From positions 124,001 through 188,000 of the forward strand of contig NIVC01000860.1 in the NCBI GenBank assembly GCA_002269645.1: a stretch of 64,000 nt of DNA, given 5' to 3'. Every line of letters begins with the position of its first letter. Position 1 is the stretch's first letter. The notes under the pieces were generated by a model. The model made no database searches. It saw only the letters and a list, made by a program, of their open reading frames with translations, and was not told the origin of the DNA. Both the position numbers and the translations under genes were made by a program. This stretch comes from Macrostomum lignano (Eukaryota). Shown piece after piece: positions 1 through 9,577 of the stretch.

Positions 1-558
1 TTGCCGGATCAAGAAGAGGTCATAAGACAACAACCACAACAACCACAGCCACAACAGCAGCAACCACAACAGCAGCAACCAAAACAACAACTACAACAAC
101 CACAACAGCAGCAACCACAAACACAACCACAACCACAACAACCTCCACCGCCACAGCAACAAATCACACCCGAACAAGTACTAGAAGCACTTGAAAAAGC
201 AGGGCCAAATGAGATTTCCCAGTACAAAGATACAAACCCTGATACTTGGCGACAATTAGAGCGGCTCTCCCCAGAACGAATGAAGCGAATCAATGACAGA
301 GTATTCACACCTCAACAAAGACAAGCGCCACATGACAGTTCCTCCTCTGACCAATCATTCGAATCACCTCCAAGCTCTTCCGGAAAAGGCATGCCTGAAT
401 TCTACAAGCGGTTAGCTGTTCTTCTAGGAGCGGCAAAGACCGGAATGAAAGACGAGAATAGAAAAGAATTTGTCAACATCCTGGACAAAATGCTTGAGAG
501 AAAATATATCGATAAAAGAGCAAGAGAACTTTTGCTTTCACGGTTTAACAAAAAATAA
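1..558 (+). CDS. Polinton ORF with Q/P-rich N-part and conserved-looking C-terminal helical domain (5' end probably outside the window)
   Basis: The C-terminus EFYKRLAVLLGAAKTGMKDENRKEFVNILDKMLERKYI resembles the RLxLLx(A/G)xxxAGN...NEIxxIxxxL motif common in small Polinton proteins. Confidence 0.6.
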   Translation: MPDQEEVIRQQPQQPQPQQQQPQQQQPKQQLQQPQQQQPQTQPQPQQPPPPQQQITPEQVLEALEKAGPNEISQYKDTNPDTWRQLERLSPERMKRINDRVFTPQQRQAPHDSSSSDQSFESPPSSSGKGMPEFYKRLAVLLGAAKTGMKDENRKEFVNILDKMLERKYIDKRARELLLSRFNKK

Positions 559-574
559 ATTTCTATTTAAAAAG

Positions 575-953
575 ATGCCGATTATTTTTTGAGAAAGACG
601 TGGAAAAATACTATGACAAAGAGGAACTTAATCTTATTAAACGCGGATCTGGACTTTTCCCTGCAGGCCACTATCCAAGAAAAGAACGCTCAGGGAACGG
701 TCTTGCCGATTTGATCGCTCAGGGGGCCAAGATTTTTAAGGTCATTGGAGAGAACAAAGAGAACATCAAGAACGTTGCCGAAGCGGCTGGCAGTGTAGCC
801 ACAGCAGCCAAAAAGATAAAGGATACTGTAACACCTAAACAAGAGATTCAACCGCTGGCTCCGCTGGCCCCAAATCCAGACAATGTGGACCCTGCAGTCT
901 ATGAGAAGATGAGAGCTAGCATTAAAAAGGGAAGCGGTTTCAAATTTGACTAA
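575..953 (+). pseudogene. Small basic Polinton core-like (pVII-like) protein with one extra T near its start
   Basis: AAAAG-ATG at 575 gives MPIIF-stop. Removing one T from the T6 run at 585-590 joins it to ORF 600-953 (MPIIFEKDVEKYYDK...). The protein contains KRGSG, RSGNG and KKGSG motifs. Confidence 0.55.
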
Positions 954-996
954 AGGGTACTTTTCAAGGGTACAAGACATGTAAGAGTATAAGACT

Positions 997-1101
997 AGTC
1001 CTGAAATGACACATCTAAGTCCCAAAATGACACATCTAAGTCCCAAAATGACACATCTAAGTCCCAAAACGACACATTCAAGTCCCGAAATGACACATCT
1101 T
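997..1101. repeat. 21-bp tandem repeat (AGTCCCAAAATGACACATCTA) x ~5, intergenic in the Polinton
   Basis: Directly visible; explains the MTHLSPK ORF repeats. Confidence 0.9.
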
Positions 1102-1145
1102 CTAAATGATTTATTATTTAATTTTTTTTTCAATCATAGAAAAAA

Positions 1146-1946
1146 ATGGACTTCTCAAACGACTTCAATCCTCACTGGACGCGTAATCAGATTAAGTTTT
1201 CTCATCACGAGTCAATCCCGAGTCACTTCAGATGCATTGTTGTTGGTTCGTCAGGTTCAGGTAAAACATTCAGAGTCTTTAACATGCTTCTTAGACCTGG
1301 ATTTATCGACTATGACACTCTGCACATCTACTCTCCCACACTGTATAAAGATGAGTATAGAATGCTGATTGCAGGGCTTCAAAACAAGCTGAACAAAGAG
1401 GACATTATTGCATGTTTTAATAACCAAATGAGCCTTCCCAGTAACCCTGAAATTGTAGCTGCCGAATATGCAAAGCACCTCAAAGACAATGAAAAATGGC
1501 AGAACATTAAAGTGTTCACCTATGGAGATCCACAGGCTGATCCAAAGACCAAACTTCTACCCCAACCAGATGAGCTAGAAAAGGGGAGAAAGCATTTGAT
1601 CGTCTTTGATGATTGTATGACAGGCCCACAGAAGCAGATAGAAAACTATTTTACAAGAGGGCGACATAACAATTGCAATGTAATTTACATTGCACAGAAT
1701 TGGTTCGAGCTCCCGAACAAAACAATTCGCGGGAACTGCAATCTGATTCTCCTGTTTCCAACCATTCCACAGGACAGGTTAAAAAGATTTTACAATGAGG
1801 TCATTGCGCCTGCCTATTTCATAAATCCAACAAAAAACTCAAGCAGAAAGATTTCACAAGAGGAATTCGTTAATCTTTGCTATGACAAGTGGAATCAGCC
1901 TTACCAGTTTGTGATTATCAGCAAAGAAAAAAGAACTGTAATTTAA
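1146..1946 (+). CDS. A32/FtsK-like DNA packaging ATPase
   Basis: Walker A VVGSSGSGKT, Walker B LIVFDD, A32 motifs RGRHNN and IYIAQ. Confidence 0.92.
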   Translation: MDFSNDFNPHWTRNQIKFSHHESIPSHFRCIVVGSSGSGKTFRVFNMLLRPGFIDYDTLHIYSPTLYKDEYRMLIAGLQNKLNKEDIIACFNNQMSLPSNPEIVAAEYAKHLKDNEKWQNIKVFTYGDPQADPKTKLLPQPDELEKGRKHLIVFDDCMTGPQKQIENYFTRGRHNNCNVIYIAQNWFELPNKTIRGNCNLILLFPTIPQDRLKRFYNEVIAPAYFINPTKNSSRKISQEEFVNLCYDKWNQPYQFVIISKEKRTVI

Positions 1947-1962
1947 AATTTGCTATTAAAAG

Positions 1963-2781
1963 ATGTCGATAAACTTTGCAGGTGAATCCATTTCTGGCAA
2001 CAGCGCTCTTACATCAGCTCAGATATCCATCCTTGACAGGCGATATATCAACAGCGACGAAAAGATCCCAGAGATCAAACTGAATAAAAACAGACTGAAA
2101 GCCCTAGAGCGCTCCATGCACCAGTTGCAAATAAACATGGAAGATCTCAGGCTTAAAGTAGCTAGGCAGAAGTTTGAAAGTGATAAGCTTTATGCGCCGT
2201 TGTTAAACGCAACTAATGAACTAAGGTCAGAAATAACTTCGATAGTCTCGCTAATCAACGGCTTGAGATCATCAGTTAATCTTCTGGGAAATTCCACTGA
2301 TAGACGGATGCGTATTCTCGAAGGAGGAGTTTTCACAAACACAGCTAAAGTAAATAATTTAGAAGAGTTCATGAACCAGTCAACAGCGTTGCATGATAGA
2401 ATTAAAGAAAACGTCGCAACCAACACAGTTAAAGTCAATAATTTAGAAGAGTTCATGACTCAGTCAACATCGTTGCATGATCGAATCAAAGAAAGACTTG
2501 AAGCATTAAAGAGAAAGGATGTATCACACAGTAGCTATCTAAACGGAATGTATAGCTCCTGGGGTAAAATACTAAGGAGGCTTGATCGTCTGGAGAGAAC
2601 ACTCAATCTTCGTGACATTGCTATTGATGAAGCAGAATCTGCTGCTCGTCCGGTCATGTCTACAGATCGAGTAGAAGGAGCTCTGGACCCCGCCGGAGTA
2701 ATCCGGCACGCTCTCAAACGTCAGCCGCCCAGCCGCTGCCTGCTGGACTCGCGATCCTCCGGCGTCACGAGAGCCGCCTAG
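1963..2781 (+). CDS. Coiled-coil protein with an internal 28-aa duplication (possible fibre/structural protein)
   Basis: 272-aa ORF after AAAAG-ATG; heptad-rich; TNT(A/V)KVNNLEEFMxQSTxLHDRIKE occurs twice (84-bp period). Confidence 0.6.
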   Translation: MSINFAGESISGNSALTSAQISILDRRYINSDEKIPEIKLNKNRLKALERSMHQLQINMEDLRLKVARQKFESDKLYAPLLNATNELRSEITSIVSLINGLRSSVNLLGNSTDRRMRILEGGVFTNTAKVNNLEEFMNQSTALHDRIKENVATNTVKVNNLEEFMTQSTSLHDRIKERLEALKRKDVSHSSYLNGMYSSWGKILRRLDRLERTLNLRDIAIDEAESAARPVMSTDRVEGALDPAGVIRHALKRQPPSRCLLDSRSSGVTRAA

Positions 2782-2872
2782 ACAACCGGCGGTGCAGATG
2801 GAATTATCAAAAAGAAAACAGATCTTTCAACCGGGTAGTTTTGTAATTTTTTTATTTTTTCTAGAGAAAAAA

Positions 2873-3598
2873 ATGGCCCAACAAAATTCTCTATACGATC
2901 AGTCTCAATACGTTGAACCTAAAATACCGACAGCACCAAACCCAATGGCACCGAATTCGAACACACAAAGCCTGAATGCACCGAATCTGAATGCACCTCA
3001 ATATGAGCAACAAAAACTCTACCCCGTCATTACTTGTAACTCTCAGCAGTTTCGACTAGTGGAGATTCAAAAAATGCGAGATGATCTTGAAAAAAATATT
3101 TTCCACAACACAAAGAAAATTAAGCGCTATGACAGCCACTGTAAATTTTTCGACTACAGCAATATGATTCTAGGATCTGTGTGTGTTCTAACTGGGTCTG
3201 CTGCAGCTGTCTCAGTGTTGCCAGTCATCACAGCCCCAATCGCAATCCCGCTCGGCTCTGCTGGTGCTGCATGTGGACTTATTTCAGCAATTACTGGAGC
3301 ATTAGCACGAAACAGGCGAAAAAAACTAAAGCAGCTACAGGAGAAGCAAGTAAAAGAGAAAGGGGTGCACACTTCAATCATAGGGTACATTTCAAGGGCA
3401 ATCGAGGATAAGTTCATTTCAGAGGATGAGTTCAAAACCATTCAGGATCTTTATGAACAATCAATTCGAATGAACTTGAACATGGTCGGTACTGATGACA
3501 TGAGTCAGCTGAGAAATGAACTCGAGAAAGTTCTTCAACATTATGCGGAAAGAAGGACAACGAGAAATTCGGTAAGGACAACGAGAAATGCACAATGA
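2873..3598 (+). CDS. Polinton/adintovirus membrane-associated protein (LYP...FRL...helical hairpin...ISEDEF family)
   Basis: Start at the A6-ATG at 2873. Motifs KLYPV, QFRLVEI, a Gly/Ala-rich hydrophobic hairpin, a basic stretch and ISRAIEDKFISEDEF. Confidence 0.65.
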   Translation: MAQQNSLYDQSQYVEPKIPTAPNPMAPNSNTQSLNAPNLNAPQYEQQKLYPVITCNSQQFRLVEIQKMRDDLEKNIFHNTKKIKRYDSHCKFFDYSNMILGSVCVLTGSAAAVSVLPVITAPIAIPLGSAGAACGLISAITGALARNRRKKLKQLQEKQVKEKGVHTSIIGYISRAIEDKFISEDEFKTIQDLYEQSIRMNLNMVGTDDMSQLRNELEKVLQHYAERRTTRNSVRTTRNAQ

Positions 3599-3602
3599 AC
3601 CC

Positions 3603-4004
3603 CTATGAAACACAGGTACGAATAATTTCCTTGTAGGTCTTTCGTGTTTTGGTCATTGCATACAAAACAGTCATGCACAGCTCACCGCAAATATCACTGC
3701 TAAGACCTTGGAGAATAAAGTCTGAGCGATAAATTTTTTTATTCTTTTTTCCCTTCAAATAATTTCTTAGCTCTTCTGGTACTGCCGTCCCATAGCTATC
3801 GAAGTAATAACACTTGTGCTTGCGATCGGGATCAATCACCCAGCAAACCCAATGAGATCCTGGCTTATCGGTGGTGTCAAAGTTCATGATGCCGCATTCC
3901 TTTCTTAGAGGAAAATCAGGCAGAGTGTCCCTCATAAATATTCCTCTAAAGTTTGGGATTTCCAGTTCGTTAGCCAAATCTTCAAGAAAGTTATTTGTCG
4001 TCAT
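3603..4004 (-). CDS. Adenain-like cysteine (maturation) protease
   Basis: Catalytic residues in the expected order: GSHW (His), YFDS (Asp), LQG (oxyanion Gln), DICG (Cys). Confidence 0.9.
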   Translation of the reverse strand: MTTNNFLEDLANELEIPNFRGIFMRDTLPDFPLRKECGIMNFDTTDKPGSHWVCWVIDPDRKHKCYYFDSYGTAVPEELRNYLKGKKNKKIYRSDFILQGLSSDICGELCMTVLYAMTKTRKTYKEIIRTCVS

Positions 4005-4089
4005 TTTTATGTTATTTTTATGAGTTTTATTAAACTTTCTCTTAAACCTAAACCCAATCTCCTAATCTCCTAAACCCAACCTCAACCTC

Positions 4090-4925
4090 CTAAACCCAAT
4101 CTCCTAAGCCTAATCTCCAATGCCCGAACGGTAGACTGTTAATATTGTCATCAAAAATGAATCTCTTGTTATCTGCACCTGACAGACCAATCTTCTTTTG
4201 CTGAATTGTGTGAATAATATGGTTTTTAGATTGTAGCTTTGAGAACTCATGTGATGTCTTTTTGTTGCAATTCAAGGCGTCTCTGTATTAAGCTTCATTA
4301 ATTTCCTTCCTAACCACACGTTTCGGAATTCCCTTTGATTTTTTGATTGGGTCTGACGACTCACATTTTATAAAATAGGACTTTGCTCTCAACCCAATAA
4401 ATTCAGTGATTATGTCACCAGCAATCTCGTCCTTCATTTTCCCAATCACTTTCTTGTTAGTGGCGTCAAACACTTGATCGCCATTCAGTGTCCTGAAAGA
4501 TTCATCATACTCAGACAAGTCAAACAAATCTTTTTGCTGCAGCATGTCCTGATAAATGTCTTCTGTTTGAATGTCCATAATAAAACTGTCTGTGTCAGTG
4601 TACAAGAGTTTCATTTTATCCTTGTACTGCTGCTTCATGCCATAGAAGAACTGGTACATCAGACGTTTTGATTCGTCGAGAACAGTGACACCTGTATAGA
4701 TCGGCTTGCGCAGCGTCACCTTGGTTTTGTAAAATATGATCACACCTAAGTAGCTATTAAAGATATGGAGTTCTTTGAATGTTGGCTTTGACATATTTGC
4801 CTGAATAACAGCAGGCTCTGATGAGGTAACAAGTTTCAGGTTTGTTCTTTTCCGCTCATTCTCAAGAGTCTTGCCATAGACAGAGTTGTTGGCTAACTTA
4901 AAGAGGTTCTTGTCAAAGTCGTTGG
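4090..4925 (-). pseudogene. polB: Protein-primed PolB, C-terminal part (motifs B and C) with an in-frame TAA at 4290-4288
   Basis: Reading on from the TSD gives TN-DFDKNLFKLANNSVYGKTLEN (motif B), then YTDTDS (motif C) and KSKGI. After the TAA the same frame continues YRDALNCN...DNKRFIFDDNINSLPFGHW, a typical Polinton PolB tail. Confidence 0.92.
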
Positions 4926-5239
4926 TGTGACATTGTGGTGATATGCTAGTGTATTTTTATTATTGCAATATTATGCTTTGTGCATTCTTAGTTAGTTAGT
5001 ATTTGCGTGCGCGCTGATTGGCTAGTGTGTTTCAGTGCATGTGCACTGCGTCGGGTTGTTTGCGTTTTACGCGTGGCTAGCATGGTGGGGTCTGAGCAGT
5101 CAGGCTAACCACCCTCTTTAGTCCTAGGGTTGATGAATAAGAATAAACAAGTCATATAAGAGCCCAGTTGTGTGTACTGGCTCTCCACGTTCAACTTTCC
5201 TACGCATTCACTACAAGCCTTTAGCTTCAATATATTACA
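4926..5239 (+). repeat. 5' LTR (314 bp)
   Basis: Matches 9264-9577 except T4939 vs C9277 by eye comparison. Confidence 0.97.
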
Positions 5240-8200
5240 ATGGCGACGAGCTCCGCGCTGGGTGGAATTCCAATACTAACTGCCAATACTAACATTGAGG
5301 TCTGGCTGGAACGGCTCGACCATTACTTTACCTGCAAGGAGGTAAAGGAAGAAGCTAAAGTGGCCACACTCGTCACTGCCATCGGTGAGGAGGCATATAC
5401 CGTGTTGAGAAACTTGTGTCTACCTGCCAAGGTCTCCGACAAGTCTCTGGCCCAGTTGACCAAGATTCTGGAGGACCACTACGCTCCAAAGCCGTCCGAG
5501 TTGGCAGCCAGATTTCGGTTCCAAAGACGCCTGCAGCAGCCTGGCGAGAGCCTTGCCGAGTTCGTTGCCAGCCTGAAGGCCTTGTCAAGTCACTGCAATT
5601 TCAGTGCTTCCCCGTGTGAGCACTGTCACTTCGGCGGCACTCTAGACGAGCGACTGCGAGACCAGCTGGTTTTCGGCCTGCACAGCGATGCCTACCGAGC
5701 GAAGCTGCTGGAGGAGAAAAATCCCACCTTCAACTCGCTGCAGGAGAGAGTTCTATCCCTCGAGGCAGTGGAGCGGTCATCATCGGAGATGGCGCAGAAG
5801 TCAGCAGCACAAGTAGCCCAGCTGCGCGCTCACCAGCTGAATAAGCGCCAAGGACCCAAGCCAGCGCTCGAAGGTTCGCAGCAGCGCAAGGGCGGTGGCA
5901 ACAACAGCAGAAGCGGAGTCGGCAGCAGCGGCAACACCGGCAGTGGCACCTGTGCAAGCTGCGGCGGTGCTCACAGTCGCCAGCAGTGTAAGCTGCGAGA
6001 CGCTAAATGCCACGCGTGCGGAAAGACGGGCCATATTCGCAAGGTCTGTCGCTCAGCCAAGCTGCATTTTCTACAAGAAGCGACACCGACACCACCACCG
6101 GAAGCCTCCGCGCAGCTGCCGATTTTTGCCGTGCAGCCGGCTGGTGGCAACGCGGGTCCGACGGTGCAGCTGCAAGTCAATGGCCAGCCATGCCGGTTCG
6201 TCATCGATACGGGCTCCGCCGTCACTCTGATGCCCGAGTTTCTGCAGCTCATGCTTCTACCGCGGCTCTCCATGTCACCGTCCGTTGCTGTCCTACGCAC
6301 CTTCACCGACGAGCAGTTCCGCCCTCTCGGCCAAGCGTTGGTCTCCGTTCAGCAAGATGGTCAGCAGCTGCAGTTGCCCCTGCTGATCGTCAAGCACGGC
6401 GACACGGCCCTGCTCGGTCGCGACTGGCTGGCCAAGCTGCGGCTAGACTGGCCGAGCATCATGGCGCAGGTTCACGCCGTCCACGACTCCGAAGACATCG
6501 GCAGCATCGTCAAGGAGTTCGCACCAGTCTTCGAGGACGGCCTAGGCGAGTTCCGGCACGGCCAGGTGCGGCTTCAAGTCTCCGAGGACGCTCAGCCCAG
6601 GTTCTTCAAGCCGCGGCCGGTCCCCTACGCGCTGCGCGAGCGCGTCGACGCCGAACTGCAGCGCATGGAGTCCAGTGGCATCATAACCGCCGTGAAGCAC
6701 AGCGACTGGGCTGCGCCGATCGTGCCGGTCGTCAAGAAGGACGGCAGCGTTCGGATTTGCGGAGACTACAAGCTGACATACAACGCGGCGAGCAAGCCGG
6801 AGCACTACCCGCTGCCCCGCATCGAGGACCTCTTCGCCAAGCTCGGCGGCGGCTGCAAGTGGACCAAGCTCGATCTGTCCAACGCCTTCTTGCAGCTTCC
6901 TCTGGCCGACGACAGCAAGGCGTTTCTCACTATCAACACGCCCAGAGGCCTCTTCCAGGTCAATCGCCTCCCATTCGGCATAACGAGCGCCAGCGCGATC
7001 TTTCAACGCACCCTGGACACCCTGCTGGGAGACCTGGATGCCGTCCAAGTCTTCGTCGATGACATTCTGGTCACCGGCAGCACCCTGCAACAGCACAAGA
7101 GGAACCTGGCGCTGGTCCTGCGGCGCTTGAAGGACGCCGGCCTGCGGCTCAACAAAGAGAAATGCAAATTCTTCGAAGACTCTGTTGAGTACCTCGGCCA
7201 TCGGATCGACGCCAGCGGACTCAAGCCGCTGCCGGACCGGGTCGCCGCCGTCCAGGACGCGCCAGCACCCAAGGACGTCAGCCAGCTGCGCTCGTTTCTG
7301 GGCATGCTAGCGCAGTACTGCAAGTTCCTGCCCAACTTGTCTACCGTCCTGGCGCCGCTCCACCAGCTCTTGGCCAAGAACACCCGCTGGTCATGGGGGC
7401 CACCGCAGCAACAGGCATTTGCAGAGGCCAAGCGGCTGCTGCTCGAGTCACCAATTCTCGTGCACTACAATCCGAATCTGCCGCTGCGATTAGAGTGCGA
7501 CGCCTCTCCCTACGGCCTGGGGGTCGTCTTGACGCACCGCATCGACGACAAGGACTGCGCGGTCGCCTTCGCTAGCCGCAGCCTAACAGCAGCGCAGCGC
7601 GGCTACTCCCAGCTGGACAAGGAGGCGCTGGCCATCATGTTTGGTCTGCACCGGTTTCACCAGTTCCTCTATGGCCGGCGGTTCACCATCGTCACCGACC
7701 ATCTGCCGCTGCTGGGTCTGCTGGGCGAGCGCAAGGGCATTCCGGCACACGCGGCCGCCCGGATGCAGCGCTGGGCCATTCGGCTGTCGAGCTACGACTA
7801 CACGCTGGAGTTCCGGCCGACCGAAAAGCATGCCAACTGCGACTCGCTCTCGCGGCTGCCGCTGCCGCACCTGTTCGAGGAGGAGCCGGCCGTCAACTCG
7901 CTGCTGCTCGACGAGGGCTCCGGATCGGCCATCACGGCGCTGGCGGTGGCGCGGCACACTAGGACAGACGTCTCACTCGGTCGGGTGCTTCGCTGCTTGC
8001 AGACCGGCGCGCCCATCGGCGACGACCTGAGCGACTTCGCCCGGCGGCAGTCGGAGCTGTCAGTCGACCAAGACTGTGTCCTGTGGGGCGCAAGGGTCGT
8101 TGTGCCTACAGCGCTGCGTCAACGCGTGATCCAAGAGCTACATCAGGCGCATCCCGGCATCAGCAGAATGCGCGCCCTGGCTCGCAGCTACGTGTGGTGG

Positions 8201-9202
8201 CCCGGCCTCGACGGCGACCTGGAAGCTGCGGCCAAGTCCTGCCGCACCTGTCAGCTCAACCAGCCCGACCCGCCCAAGGCGCCGGTGCAACCGTGGCCTC
8301 TGCCATCCGAACCGTGGGAGCGCCTGCACATCGACTTTGCCGGTCCGGTCGACGGTCATACGTACCTGGTGGTAGTCGATGCTCATAGCAAGTGGCCGGA
8401 GGTCCAGCGGATGCGCGGTACAACGTCGGCGGCCACCATCGCGGCTCTGCGGGAGATGTTCGCGCGCCAAGGCATTCCGCGCACCCTGGTGTCCGACAAC
8501 GGGCCGCAGTTCGCCTCCGCCGAGTTCGCCGAGTTTACCCGGGCCAACGGCATTCGTCACGTGTTCTCGGCGCCGTTTCATCCCGCCACCAACGGCCAGG
8601 CCGAGAGGTTTGTGCAAGTCCTGAAGCGACATCTGCTCAAGAGCGGCCACTCTGACGTCGAGCTTCAGCGACTGCTGCTCAGCTACCGCAACACCCCACA
8701 CAGCATCAGCGGCGCAGCCCCGAGTCAGCTGCTCATCGGCCGTCGGCTTCGCTGCCGTCTGGACCTCCTGGCACCGTCGCTGGCTGACGACGTCCAACGG
8801 CGGCAAGAGCGGCAGCTGCAGGGACGCAGACCAGCGCGCGAGTTTCAGCCGGGTGATCACGTCCTCCTCCGCGACTACAGCGCCGGCGCGAGAGCCGGCG
8901 ACACGCCACGCTGGGCTGAGGGTGTCGTCACGGGCGCCGGCAGCCGCAACTACACGGTTGACTCGGAGCGAGGCCAGCACTTCCGGCACGCTGATCAGCT
9001 GGTGGCAGCCCGCGCTGACTCCGCCGACACCGTCCATTCGCCGCCTGCTACGGATGACGGCGCCGCCCGAGTGACAGCGGCGTGCAAAGCGCTGACGCCG
9101 CAGCCGTCGCCGACACGGCCTGCGGGGCGTCATCCGGCACTGACGACGAGCATGCGAGCGGCGTGCGACACGAGCCGGGCACTACACGGCGGTACCCACT
9201 GA
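5240..9202 (+). CDS. Gag-Pol polyprotein (Gag with two Zn knuckles, PR, RT, RNase H, IN)
   Basis: CASCGGAHSRQQC and CHACGKTGHIRKVC; IDTGS protease; FVDD RT; DAS...DKEAL...TDH RNase H; HHCC and HIDF...SDNG...QAER integrase; Gypsy domain order. Confidence 0.97.
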   Translation: MATSSALGGIPILTANTNIEVWLERLDHYFTCKEVKEEAKVATLVTAIGEEAYTVLRNLCLPAKVSDKSLAQLTKILEDHYAPKPSELAARFRFQRRLQQPGESLAEFVASLKALSSHCNFSASPCEHCHFGGTLDERLRDQLVFGLHSDAYRAKLLEEKNPTFNSLQERVLSLEAVERSSSEMAQKSAAQVAQLRAHQLNKRQGPKPALEGSQQRKGGGNNSRSGVGSSGNTGSGTCASCGGAHSRQQCKLRDAKCHACGKTGHIRKVCRSAKLHFLQEATPTPPPEASAQLPIFAVQPAGGNAGPTVQLQVNGQPCRFVIDTGSAVTLMPEFLQLMLLPRLSMSPSVAVLRTFTDEQFRPLGQALVSVQQDGQQLQLPLLIVKHGDTALLGRDWLAKLRLDWPSIMAQVHAVHDSEDIGSIVKEFAPVFEDGLGEFRHGQVRLQVSEDAQPRFFKPRPVPYALRERVDAELQRMESSGIITAVKHSDWAAPIVPVVKKDGSVRICGDYKLTYNAASKPEHYPLPRIEDLFAKLGGGCKWTKLDLSNAFLQLPLADDSKAFLTINTPRGLFQVNRLPFGITSASAIFQRTLDTLLGDLDAVQVFVDDILVTGSTLQQHKRNLALVLRRLKDAGLRLNKEKCKFFEDSVEYLGHRIDASGLKPLPDRVAAVQDAPAPKDVSQLRSFLGMLAQYCKFLPNLSTVLAPLHQLLAKNTRWSWGPPQQQAFAEAKRLLLESPILVHYNPNLPLRLECDASPYGLGVVLTHRIDDKDCAVAFASRSLTAAQRGYSQLDKEALAIMFGLHRFHQFLYGRRFTIVTDHLPLLGLLGERKGIPAHAAARMQRWAIRLSSYDYTLEFRPTEKHANCDSLSRLPLPHLFEEEPAVNSLLLDEGSGSAITALAVARHTRTDVSLGRVLRCLQTGAPIGDDLSDFARRQSELSVDQDCVLWGARVVVPTALRQRVIQELHQAHPGISRMRALARSYVWWPGLDGDLEAAAKSCRTCQLNQPDPPKAPVQPWPLPSEPWERLHIDFAGPVDGHTYLVVVDAHSKWPEVQRMRGTTSAATIAALREMFARQGIPRTLVSDNGPQFASAEFAEFTRANGIRHVFSAPFHPATNGQAERFVQVLKRHLLKSGHSDVELQRLLLSYRNTPHSISGAAPSQLLIGRRLRCRLDLLAPSLADDVQRRQERQLQGRRPAREFQPGDHVLLRDYSAGARAGDTPRWAEGVVTGAGSRNYTVDSERGQHFRHADQLVAARADSADTVHSPPATDDGAARVTAACKALTPQPSPTRPAGRHPALTTSMRAACDTSRALHGGTH
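5241..5250 (+). promoter_or_regulatory. Primer-binding site TGGCGACGAG, complementary to the 3' end of tRNA-Ser(GCU)-type tRNAs
   Basis: One base after the LTR; its reverse complement is CTCGTCGCCA; it overlaps the gag ATG. Confidence 0.8.
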
Positions 9203-9250
9203 GGGTTCGAGGCCCACCTCAGAGACTTCAGCTGTGAAGGGGAGAACTGA

Positions 9251-9263
9251 CTCAGGGGGGAAG
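9251..9263 (+). promoter_or_regulatory. Polypurine tract
   Basis: CTCAGGGGGGAAG immediately before the 3' LTR. Confidence 0.85.
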
Positions 9264-9577
9264 TGTGACATTGTGGCGATATGCTAGTGTATTTTTATTA
9301 TTGCAATATTATGCTTTGTGCATTCTTAGTTAGTTAGTATTTGCGTGCGCGCTGATTGGCTAGTGTGTTTCAGTGCATGTGCACTGCGTCGGGTTGTTTG
9401 CGTTTTACGCGTGGCTAGCATGGTGGGGTCTGAGCAGTCAGGCTAACCACCCTCTTTAGTCCTAGGGTTGATGAATAAGAATAAACAAGTCATATAAGAG
9501 CCCAGTTGTGTGTACTGGCTCTCCACGTTCAACTTTCCTACGCATTCACTACAAGCCTTTAGCTTCAATATATTACA
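9264..9577 (+). repeat. 3' LTR (314 bp)
   Basis: Direct repeat of 4926-5239, followed by the TSD GTTGG. Confidence 0.97.

Larger units (their letters stand above)
4926..9577 (+). mobile_element. Full-length Ty3/Gypsy LTR retrotransposon, Mag-like, inserted antisense into the Polinton PolB
   Basis: TG...CA LTRs at 4926-5239 and 9264-9577; 5-bp TSD GTTGG (4921-4925 and 9578-9582); PBS, PPT and a single intact gag-pol ORF. Confidence 0.97.

Noticed and set aside
5373-9133. Many overlapping ORFs within and antisense to gag-pol
   Set aside because: Shadow ORFs expected from GC-rich coding DNA; no motifs.
9443-9577. C-terminal 44 aa of the 1059-aa PolB ORF (CNILKLK...KEGG)
   Set aside because: Read-through into the antisense 3' LTR; the true PolB continues at 4925.
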